Positions 1 through 7,137 of a stretch of 32,000 nt of DNA are shown here, one piece after another. The position numbers and the translations under genes were made by a program. Each line of letters starts with the position of its first letter. Position 1 is the first letter of the stretch. The stretch is from Vibrio cholerae ATCC 14035 (lineage in GTDB: Bacteria; Pseudomonadota; Gammaproteobacteria; Enterobacterales; Vibrionaceae): NCBI RefSeq assembly GCF_000621645.1, contig NZ_JHXR01000001.1, forward strand, positions 30,001 through 62,000, written 5' to 3'. Under the pieces are notes generated by a model. It was given only the letters and a program-made list of their open reading frames with translations, was not told where the DNA came from and did no database searches.

Positions 1-239
1 AATGGGTTTTATTGAAGGCCTGAATGGGTTGCTTCATGGTGTTGAGCTTAGGGCAACCTTGCTTATTGTGCGTTCAATCCTAACAGGAAGGTTCGGCCGA
101 GACAAAAGTGTGATGTAGATATTTCACGCACGGAAAAAATAGCCTACTAAAGTAAATCGATTGGCAAGTTATTGATCAAACGCAACACATCACACAGTAA
201 AACGGAAATAATGAGCACAGCATACTTTAGGAGGTATCA

Positions 240-527
240 ATGGAACTGAGTCCTGTATTCGCAAGGCGCTTATATTTAGCTTTGCTTGTGGAGAGCCTTG
301 AGCGACCCAATGTCCCTAAACTGATTGAAAAGACGGGCTGGCCTCGTCGTACTATCCAAGATGTCATCAAAGCCATGCCGGGTATCGGTATTGAACTGAA
401 CTTCGTGCAAGATGGCCGCCGACACAATGATGGCTACTACCAGCTTTCTGACTGGGGTCCCTTTGACAGCCAATGGGTCACCGAACGCAAAAAAGACATT
501 GCGGCAAGCTTAGGGTTTTGTGCTTAA
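240..527 (+). CDS. small uncharacterized protein, probable winged-helix/HTH DNA-binding fold (95 aa)
   Basis: ORF with a strong SD (AGGAGG 229-234, 5 nt before ATG 240), followed directly by a terminator hairpin. The segment PKLIEKTGWPRRTIQDVIKAM looks like an HTH. I recognise no family with a known function. Confidence 0.6.
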   Translation: MELSPVFARRLYLALLVESLERPNVPKLIEKTGWPRRTIQDVIKAMPGIGIELNFVQDGRRHNDGYYQLSDWGPFDSQWVTERKKDIAASLGFCA

Positions 528-548
528 AGCCAGCATCGCTGGCTTTTT
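526..548. terminator. rho-independent terminator shared by two convergent genes
   Basis: AGCCAGC (528-534) pairs with GCTGGCT (538-544). There is an A-run on the left and a T-run (544-548) on the right. It lies between the + strand ORF ending at 527 and the - strand ORF ending at 594. Confidence 0.6.
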
Positions 549-555
549 CATTTTC

Positions 556-589
556 CACATTATGCGGCTTGGCACATCATGCGGCTTGG
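556..589. repeat. 17-bp tandem direct duplication (2 copies, 16/17 identical)
   Basis: CACATTATGCGGCTTGG (556-572) is followed immediately by CACATCATGCGGCTTGG (573-589). It sits in the 3' UTR of the minus-strand gene. Confidence 0.8.
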
Positions 590-593
590 TGCG

Positions 594-950
594 TCAGCTG
601 TTTTGCCACAACCAGTAACTGATAAAACCTAACCAACTTAGCGCTAATAATACCCATGCGAGTTTGGCTTGATTGGTATGAGAGTCATCGCCGAGTTCGG
701 CTGCATAGTCATCCGCTTCGTGGATTTCCTCTGTCGAAGATTGCTTGGCTTTTAACGCTTTTTTACGCAGCTTATCTGCCTGCCGGTGTTTCTCTTTCTG
801 CTGCTTTTTGTATAAAGCAATCCCTTTTTCGATACCTTGAGTGATGAGCTTAGTTTGCTCTTTGGTTTGTCCGGGGCGCTGAGTCGCTTTCGCAATTTTT
901 AACGCCTCTTGCTGGGTTTGTTCTGACGGAATGAGAGTCGTGTTTTTCAT
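594..950 (-). CDS. uncharacterized Lys/Gln-rich protein with a single C-terminal transmembrane helix (118 aa; DUF2956-like from memory)
   Basis: Intact ORF. It has a charged helical N-terminal part and a hydrophobic tail (LAWVLLALSWLGFISYWLW). There is no clear SD, and the family assignment is from memory only. Confidence 0.5.
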   Translation of the reverse strand: MKNTTLIPSEQTQQEALKIAKATQRPGQTKEQTKLITQGIEKGIALYKKQQKEKHRQADKLRKKALKAKQSSTEEIHEADDYAAELGDDSHTNQAKLAWVLLALSWLGFISYWLWQNS

Positions 951-1093
951 TAATCTATACGGTTTAAAAAGCTTAGGACTAAGACTAGCATGTGAGCGCA
1001 GGGTAAAAAATGGGGCGAGCTAAGAATAAGCAGTGGTCATTTAGGGGAATTGCGCTAGAGTGAACAGCCTGTGTTTTATGAGTTGAGAAAACC

Positions 1094-1558
1094 GTGCGTT
1101 ATTCGATTGAACAGTATGATAGTCAAGGATTTTTAAAAGCACCGATATGGCTATGGCTAGGATGGCTGTTTCTTAATCGAGCTTGGGTCATGTTTGTGAT
1201 GGCGGGGGTGAGCCGCGAACAAGGTTCCCATTTGCTCTCATTGATCTATCCCGATCACTCTTTGTTGTATGTTGGACTTGCGATGGGGGCTCCGGCTCTT
1301 GCCTTAATGTGGCTCATCACATTACGCAGTTCGCAGCGGCAATGGGTCAATCAGATTGTCGCGCAAGGTCGTGCGATTTCTTTATTCGTTGTGATAGGCC
1401 AATTTGTGCAAACGGCTTTTCACGTTTACTTGCAGCAGGGGGCTTTTCACTGGGCCAACGCATTGACCCTACTCTTATTACTGTGGTTTGGCATTTACCT
1501 TGTGCAGAGTCGCCATGTACGCGACAGTTTAAAAGCCCCCGCGTTGGATAAGGCATGA
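1094..1558 (+). CDS. inner-membrane protein, YfeZ/DUF2919-like (154 aa, GTG start)
   Basis: ORF with about 4 hydrophobic helices. It sits next to a yfeX-like gene, as I recall for E. coli yfeZ/yfeX. The start codon is uncertain. A weak hairpin plus T-run at 1561-1581 follows. Confidence 0.5.
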   Translation: MRYSIEQYDSQGFLKAPIWLWLGWLFLNRAWVMFVMAGVSREQGSHLLSLIYPDHSLLYVGLAMGAPALALMWLITLRSSQRQWVNQIVAQGRAISLFVVIGQFVQTAFHVYLQQGAFHWANALTLLLLLWFGIYLVQSRHVRDSLKAPALDKA

Positions 1559-1623
1559 TCATCATCAACGCGATGATTTTTCTTTTTATTACACTGAGCA
1601 AAACCGAAAAGTGAGGATTCGTT

Positions 1624-2532
1624 ATGTTTAAGTCACAGACCGCAATCTTGCCAGAAGCTGGCCCGTTTGCCCTGTACACACTACTGAAAGTTCGTCAGAA
1701 CCACGCCCATGTTTTGCAAGCGCTTAAGGCTTTGCCTGCGTTAGTTGAGGAAATCAATCAAAATCAGCCGGGAGCCGAGCTGACGGTTTCTGTCGCGTTC
1801 AGCAAAGGTTTTTGGAGCCATTTTGAGATGGCGTCGCCACCAGAACTGATTGATTTTCCTGAGCTGGGTGAGGGCGAAACTCACGCGCCAAGCACGGATG
1901 TGGATGTGTTGATCCATTGTCACGCCACGCGCCACGATTTGCTGTTTTATACTCTACGTAAAGGGATTAGCGACATAGCTCAAGATATTGAAATCGTGGA
2001 TGAAACCTATGGTTTCCGTTATTTAGACGCACGTGACATGACGGGCTTTATTGATGGCACAGAAAACCCGAAAGCTGAGAAACGTGCGGAAGTCGCGTTG
2101 GTGGCTGATGGCGACTTTGCGGGAGGCAGTTATGTGATGGTACAACGCTTTGTGCATAATTTGCCGGCGTGGAATCGTCTCAACTTAGCGGCGCAAGAAA
2201 AAGTGATTGGTCGCACTAAGCCTGATTCCGTCGAGCTAGAAAATGTTCCTGCCGCTTCGCATGTAGGTCGAGTGGATATTAAAGAAGAAGGTAAAGGATT
2301 GAAGATTGTTCGCCACAGCTTGCCGTATGGCAGCGTGAGCGGCGATCACGGCCTACTGTTTATTGCGTACTGTCACACGCTGCATAATTTCAAAACTATG
2401 CTGGAAAGCATGTACGGTGTCACTGATGGCAAAACAGACCAACTGCTACGCTTTACCAAAGCCGTGACCGGGGCTTATTTCTTTGCACCGTCGCAAGTGA
2501 TGTTGCAGGAACTGACACTCAAGAATCAATAA
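1624..2532 (+). CDS. yfeX: DyP-type (dye-decolorizing) heme peroxidase, YfeX family (302 aa)
   Basis: Aligns along its full length with my memory of E. coli YfeX (GFIDGTENP motif, KEEGKGLKIVRHSLPYG, LLRFTKAVTGAYFFAPS). SD GAGGA lies upstream of ATG 1624. Confidence 0.85.
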   Translation: MFKSQTAILPEAGPFALYTLLKVRQNHAHVLQALKALPALVEEINQNQPGAELTVSVAFSKGFWSHFEMASPPELIDFPELGEGETHAPSTDVDVLIHCHATRHDLLFYTLRKGISDIAQDIEIVDETYGFRYLDARDMTGFIDGTENPKAEKRAEVALVADGDFAGGSYVMVQRFVHNLPAWNRLNLAAQEKVIGRTKPDSVELENVPAASHVGRVDIKEEGKGLKIVRHSLPYGSVSGDHGLLFIAYCHTLHNFKTMLESMYGVTDGKTDQLLRFTKAVTGAYFFAPSQVMLQELTLKNQ

Positions 2533-2562
2533 TGCAACACTGTTGCATATGTTTCATGCCAA

Positions 2563-2588
2563 AGCCGAGCCTAGTGCTCGGTTTTTTG
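2563..2588 (+). terminator. rho-independent terminator of yfeX
   Basis: CCGAGC (2565-2570) pairs with GCTCGG (2576-2581) and is followed by T6 (2582-2587). Confidence 0.7.
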
Positions 2589-2590
2589 AT

Positions 2591-2617
2591 TAAAGAAAAC
2601 TCACTTTACACCGATAA
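2591..2617 (+). promoter_or_regulatory. sigma28 (FliA)-type promoter of flaE
   Basis: TAAA (2591-2594), then 15 nt, then ACCGATAA (2610-2617). This is a 7/8 match to GCCGATAA with the correct spacing. It lies 39 nt before the flaE ATG. Confidence 0.6.
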
Positions 2618-2655
2618 AAGAACAAGTAAGCAATCGTGTAAGGAGTGCAGCAGCC

Positions 2656-3792
2656 ATGGCCATGACGGTAAATACCAATGTGTCTGCGCTGGTAGCACAG
2701 CGACATCTTAATTCTGCGTCCGAGATGCTCAATCAGTCTCTGGAGCGGCTCTCTTCTGGCAATCGAATCAACAGTGCCAAAGATGATGCGGCAGGGCTGC
2801 AGATCTCCAATCGTTTGGAAACGCAAATGCGTGGCCTCGGCATTGCTGTGCGCAATGCCAACGATGGGATTTCGATCATGCAGACGGCTGAAGGGGCAAT
2901 GCAGGAAACCACTCAGCTATTGCAACGCATGCGCGACCTCTCTTTGCAATCGGCCAACGGTTCAAACAGTGCAGCCGAAAGAGTCGCATTACAAGAGGAA
3001 ATGGCTGCTTTAAACGATGAATTGAATCGAATCGCTGAAACCACCTCTTTTGCAGGGCGCAAGCTGCTCAATGGCCAATTTATGAAAGCCAGTTTCCAAA
3101 TTGGTGCCAGCAGTGGTGAAGCCGTACAGCTTTCACTGCGCAATATGCGATCAGACAGTTTGGAGATGGGCGGGTTTAGCTATGTTGCGGCTGCGCTAGC
3201 CGATAAACAGTGGCAAGTTACAAAAGGTAAACAACAGCTCAATATCAGCTACGTCAATGCGCAAGGGGAGAATGAGAACATTCAGATCCAAGCCAAAGAG
3301 GGAGACGATATTGAAGAGTTGGCGACTTACATCAATGGCAAAACCGATAAAGTCTCTGCGTCCGTGAATGAAAAGGGACAACTCCAGTTGTACATCGCGG
3401 GGAAAGAGACGTCAGGCACCTTGTCGTTCAGTGGCAGTTTAGCCAACGAATTACAGATGAACTTATTGGGTTATGAAGCGGTAGATAATCTTGATATCAG
3501 CAGTGCTGGCGGAGCGCAGCGCGCCGTCTCGGTGATTGATACGGCACTCAAGTATGTCGATGGGCATCGCTCAGAGCTAGGGGCGATGCAAAATCGTTTC
3601 CAACACGCGATCAGTAACCTCGATAACGTGCATGAAAACCTAGCGGCCTCGAACAGCCGGATTAAAGATGCGGATTACGCCAAAGAAACCACGCAAATGA
3701 TTAAGCAGCAAATTTTGCAGCAAGTCAGCACTTCTGTGCTCGCTCAAGCGAAACGCCAGCCGAAGTTTGTGCTGTTTTTGCTGCGTAATTAA
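2656..3792 (+). CDS. flaE: flagellin FlaE (378 aa)
   Basis: Has the conserved flagellin N-terminal domain ([36 protein letters not shown]) and C-terminal domain (GAMQNRF..ISNLDN). It is first in the flaE-flaD-flaB order known for V. cholerae. Confidence 0.9.
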   Translation: MAMTVNTNVSALVAQRHLNSASEMLNQSLERLSSGNRINSAKDDAAGLQISNRLETQMRGLGIAVRNANDGISIMQTAEGAMQETTQLLQRMRDLSLQSANGSNSAAERVALQEEMAALNDELNRIAETTSFAGRKLLNGQFMKASFQIGASSGEAVQLSLRNMRSDSLEMGGFSYVAAALADKQWQVTKGKQQLNISYVNAQGENENIQIQAKEGDDIEELATYINGKTDKVSASVNEKGQLQLYIAGKETSGTLSFSGSLANELQMNLLGYEAVDNLDISSAGGAQRAVSVIDTALKYVDGHRSELGAMQNRFQHAISNLDNVHENLAASNSRIKDADYAKETTQMIKQQILQQVSTSVLAQAKRQPKFVLFLLRN

Positions 3793-3878
3793 CGTTGCCT
3801 GCTCGACTTCGTCTCTAACTCATTGTTCATCTGACTCAAGATCAAGCTCGCTTTATCGTCCGTGGTAGAAAAACCTTG

Positions 3879-3899
3879 AGTGCCAAAGTGCACTTTTTG
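3879..3899 (+). terminator. weak candidate terminator after flaE
   Basis: AGTGC (3879-3883) pairs with GCACT (3890-3894) and is followed by T5. The stem is only 5 bp, so this is tentative. Confidence 0.3.
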
Positions 3900-3971
3900 T
3901 GCATTTTATGTGTTTGATGCCTAATTTATCGCCAACCAAACTTTTTTCTTAAAAAAATCGAAAATTTTTCC

Positions 3972-3998
3972 TAAAGGATTTAAAAAACGCGCCGTTAT
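3972..3998 (+). promoter_or_regulatory. sigma28 (FliA)-type promoter of flaD
   Basis: TAAAG (3972-3976) and GCCGTTAT (3991-3998), with TAAA-N15-GCCG spacing. A/T tracts lie immediately upstream. Confidence 0.75.
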
Positions 3999-4081
3999 AA
4001 AAGGTAACTTTGAGAGAACTACTTTGGTTTTCCGAGACGTCGGAAACCGGATACATCGGAAAATCAATTGGAGAAATCACC

Positions 4082-5215
4082 ATGGCAGTGAATGTAAATA
4101 CCAACGTAGCAGCAATGACAGCTCAACGTTATTTGACTGGTGCAACCAATGCACAACAAACTTCAATGGAGCGTCTATCTTCAGGCTTTAAAATCAATAG
4201 TGCTAAAGATGATGCTGCCGGCCTACAAATCTCTAACCGCTTGAACGTACAAAGCCGCGGTCTGGATGTGGCAGTACGCAACGCGAATGATGGTATTTCA
4301 ATTGCTCAAACCGCAGAAGGCGCGATGAATGAAACTACCAACATTCTGCAACGTATGCGTGACTTGTCACTGCAATCTGCGAACGGCTCGAACTCCAAAT
4401 CTGAGCGTGTGGCAATCCAAGAAGAGATCACCGCACTGAATGATGAGCTGAACCGTATTGCAGAAACCACGTCATTCGGTGGTAACAAGTTGCTCAACGG
4501 TACCTTCTCAACCAAGTCGTTCCAAATCGGTGCTGACAACGGTGAGGCGGTCATGCTGACCTTGAAAGACATGCGCAGTGATAACCGCATGATGGGTGGT
4601 ACCAGCTATGTCGCGGCAGAAGGCAAAGACAAAGACTGGAAAGTACAAGCGGGCGCGAACGACATCACTTTCACGCTGAAAGACATCGACGGCAATGACC
4701 AAACCATTACCGTGAACGCTAAAGAAGGCGATGATATCGAAGAAGTGGCGACTTACATCAACGGTCAAACCGACATGGTGAAAGCGTCTGTCAACGAGAA
4801 AGGTCAGCTACAAATCTTTGCTGGTAACAACAAAGTCACCGGTGATGTAGCCTTCTCTGGTGGTCTAGCGGGTGCTCTGAACATGCAAGCGGGTACAGCA
4901 GAAACCGTTGACACTATCGATGTGACTTCAGTTGGTGGCGCGCAACAATCGGTTGCAGTTATCGACTCTGCGCTGAAGTATGTAGATAGTCACCGTGCTG
5001 AACTGGGTGCGTTCCAGAACCGTTTCAACCATGCTATCAGCAACTTGGATAACATTAACGAAAACGTGAATGCTTCTAAGAGCCGTATCAAAGACACCGA
5101 TTTCGCGAAAGAGACTACAGCGCTCACCAAATCGCAAATCCTGTCTCAAGCATCAAGCTCTGTGCTGGCTCAAGCCAAACAAGCGCCAAACGCCGCACTC
5201 AGCCTGTTGGGTTAA
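4082..5215 (+). CDS. flaD: flagellin FlaD (377 aa)
   Basis: Canonical flagellin start [18 protein letters not shown] at ATG 4082, with SD GGAGA at 4070-4074. The track start at 4010 (TTG) adds a non-homologous extension that overlaps the leader. The C-terminus is conserved (..[17 protein letters not shown]). Confidence 0.9.
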
Positions 5216-5228
5216 TCCCCACACCGCC

Positions 5229-5258
5229 AAAAAAATCCAGCTTCGGCTGGATTTTTTA
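5229..5258 (+). terminator. strong rho-independent terminator after flaD
   Basis: AAAAAATCCAGC-TTCG-GCTGGATTTTTT: a perfect 7-bp core stem with a tetraloop, flanked by an A-run and a T-run. Confidence 0.85.
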
Positions 5259-5342
5259 TTGCAGCCAGTTTCATTAATGAGTGCCTAACTTCACGAAAGT
5301 GGAGAGGATTTTCTTTTTTTGAAAAAAAGCCTGAAATTTCTC

Positions 5343-5369
5343 TAAAGGATATTTATTTCTCGCCGTTAC
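5343..5369 (+). promoter_or_regulatory. sigma28 (FliA)-type promoter of flaB
   Basis: TAAAG (5343-5347) and GCCGTTAC (5362-5369) with TAAA-N15 spacing. The sequence context is paralogous to the flaD promoter. Confidence 0.75.
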
Positions 5370-5450
5370 AAGATACGAGAGAAATGAGGTAAACCGAGGT
5401 GAGGTGAGAGACACCAAGGTTTACCAACTTATCCGCCTAAGGAGATCAAT

Positions 5451-6581
5451 ATGGCAATTAATGTAAACACGAACGTGTCTGCCATGACCGCTCAGCGCTA
5501 TTTAAATGGTGCTGCTGATGGTATGCAGAAATCGATGGAGCGTTTGTCGTCCGGCTACAAAATCAACAGTGCCCGAGACGATGCCGCAGGTCTGCAAATT
5601 TCTAACCGTTTGACATCGCAAAGTCGTGGTTTGGACATGGCGGTGAAAAACGCCAACGATGGTATTTCCATCGCCCAAACTGCAGAAGGGGCGATGAACG
5701 AAACGACCAACATCTTACAACGGATGCGCGATCTTGCGTTGCAATCCTCTAACGGCTCAAACTCTTCTTCGGAACGCCGCGCGATTCAAGAAGAAGTGTC
5801 TGCCCTCAATGACGAGTTGAACCGTATTGCAGAAACCACCTCTTTTGGTGGCAACAAACTGCTGAATGGTTCGTTTGGTAGTAAATCGTTCCAGATTGGT
5901 GCGGATTCGGGTGAAGCGGTCATGCTTAGCATGGGCAGTATGCGCTCGGATACTCAAGCTATGGGCGGAAAAAGCTATCGAGCTCAAGAAGGCAAGGCCG
6001 CAGACTGGCGTGTCGGCGCAGCAACCGATTTGACCCTGAGCTATACTAATAAGCAGGGTGAAGCACGTGAAGTGACCATTAATGCCAAACAAGGTGACGA
6101 CTTAGAAGAGCTTGCGACTTACATCAACGGTCAAACTGAAGACGTTAAAGCGTCGGTCGGTGAAGACGGTAAGCTACAACTGTTTGCTTCATCACAAAAA
6201 GTCAATGGTGATGTGACCATTGGTGGTGGACTGGGTGGTGAAATCGGTTTTGATGCTGGCCGTAATGTGACGGTGGCGGATGTGAACGTTTCAACCGTGG
6301 CCGGTTCGCAAGAAGCGGTATCTATTCTGGATGGGGCTCTGAAGGCGGTGGATAGCCAACGCGCTTCATTGGGTGCATTCCAGAACCGTTTCGGTCATGC
6401 GATCAGTAACTTGGATAACGTTAACGAAAACGTCAACGCGTCTCGTAGCCGTATCCGTGATACCGATTATGCTCGTGAAACCACGGCGATGACGAAGGCG
6501 CAAATATTGCAGCAGGCGAGTACCTCTGTGTTGGCGCAAGCGAAGCAGTCACCATCTGCAGCTCTGAGCTTATTGGGATAA
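5451..6581 (+). CDS. flaB: flagellin FlaB (376 aa)
   Basis: [18 protein letters not shown].. plus the conserved flagellin N- and C-terminal domains. SD AAGGAG at 5439-5444. Confidence 0.9.
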
Positions 6582-6654
6582 CCCTTTGAGCGGTATTGAG
6601 CTAGTAAGTAACTTGTGGTTTAAATGTTACTTATAAGGTGGAAGGGAGATTGTT

Positions 6655-7116
6655 ATGGAAATACCATCCTACGCATCGAACATCCAGCCTTACGGCTCAC
6701 AAAGTGGCACTAAAATTGCTTCAGAAAACGATAATGCAAAAAGCGTTTCGCTTTCAGGGGATAACAGTCGCTCGGTTTCGCGTACAGATAAATTATCTGA
6801 ACACTTTTCTGAGCAGGTCAGGGCAAGGCAGCAAGAATCGGCAGAGACGGCCATGGCGCAAGCAAAACAGCGCCAACGTCTTAACGAGGAGCAACTTGCC
6901 AAGATGGTGGAGCAAATGAATGAGTTTGTGAAATCCATTAACAAAGGCCTGTCTTTCAGATTGGATCGTGAATCCGGGCGCGAGGTGGTTACTATCTACG
7001 AAGCCTCGACGGGTGATATTATTCGCCAAATCCCCGAGGAAGAGATGCTTGAAGTATTGCGCCGCCTTGCCCGTGAACAGGATCATCGATCCGGTTTACT
7101 GATGGCAAAGGTGTAA
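6655..7116 (+). CDS. flaG: flagellar protein FlaG (153 aa)
   Basis: FlaG-family C-terminal region (LSFRLDRESGREVVTIYEASTGDIIRQIPEEEMLEV). SD GGAAGGGAG precedes ATG 6655. It sits between the flagellin genes and fliD, as in Vibrio loci. Confidence 0.85.
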   Translation: MEIPSYASNIQPYGSQSGTKIASENDNAKSVSLSGDNSRSVSRTDKLSEHFSEQVRARQQESAETAMAQAKQRQRLNEEQLAKMVEQMNEFVKSINKGLSFRLDRESGREVVTIYEASTGDIIRQIPEEEMLEVLRRLAREQDHRSGLLMAKV

Positions 7117-7137
7117 CACGGTTTTTGAGGTGATTGA

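Noticed and set aside
1-37. Possible 5' end of a minus-strand gene (ATG at 37-35, reading MKQPIQAFNKTH.. off the left edge).
   Set aside because: Only 12 codons are visible, with no clear SD and no recognizable sequence. That is too little to call a feature.
162-176. TGGCAAGTTATTGAT upstream of the winged-helix ORF, considered as a possible sigma54 promoter.
   Set aside because: The -12 region reads TTGA, not TTGC, and sits one nucleotide too close to the GG. The invariant GC at the correct spacing is missing.
3199-3206. Exact GCCGATAA sigma28 -10 boxes inside coding sequence (flaE at 3199-3206 and flrC at 13160-13167).
   Set aside because: Neither has a TAAA -35 element 15 nt upstream (CTAT and CCTC are found instead). 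Both lie deep inside genes with no downstream ORF to serve. They are probably chance matches.
3745-3792. The FlaE C-terminus (..[16 protein letters not shown]) differs from FlaD and FlaB (..[15 protein letters not shown]). I asked whether this is a frameshift or pseudogenisation.
   Set aside because: The other two frames of this stretch give no flagellin-like tail. The FlaE tail aligns position by position with the enteric flagellin ending (..AQANQVPQNVLSLLR). It is a divergent but intact C-terminus.
4010-4081. N-terminal extensions in the ORF track: flaD from TTG 4010, fliE from TTG 14225, fliH from TTG 17432, fliJ from 19531, fliN from TTG 23873 and prmB from TTG 28395.
   Set aside because: The extensions are not homologous to the protein families and overlap promoters, leaders or upstream genes. 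In each case a downstream ATG (TTG for prmB) has a properly spaced SD and gives the canonical N-terminus.
6638-6919. 93-aa ORF in a different frame overlapping the start of flaG.
   Set aside because: The 6655 frame gives a FlaG-family protein with a good SD. The alternative frame is Arg/Lys-rich and unrecognizable.
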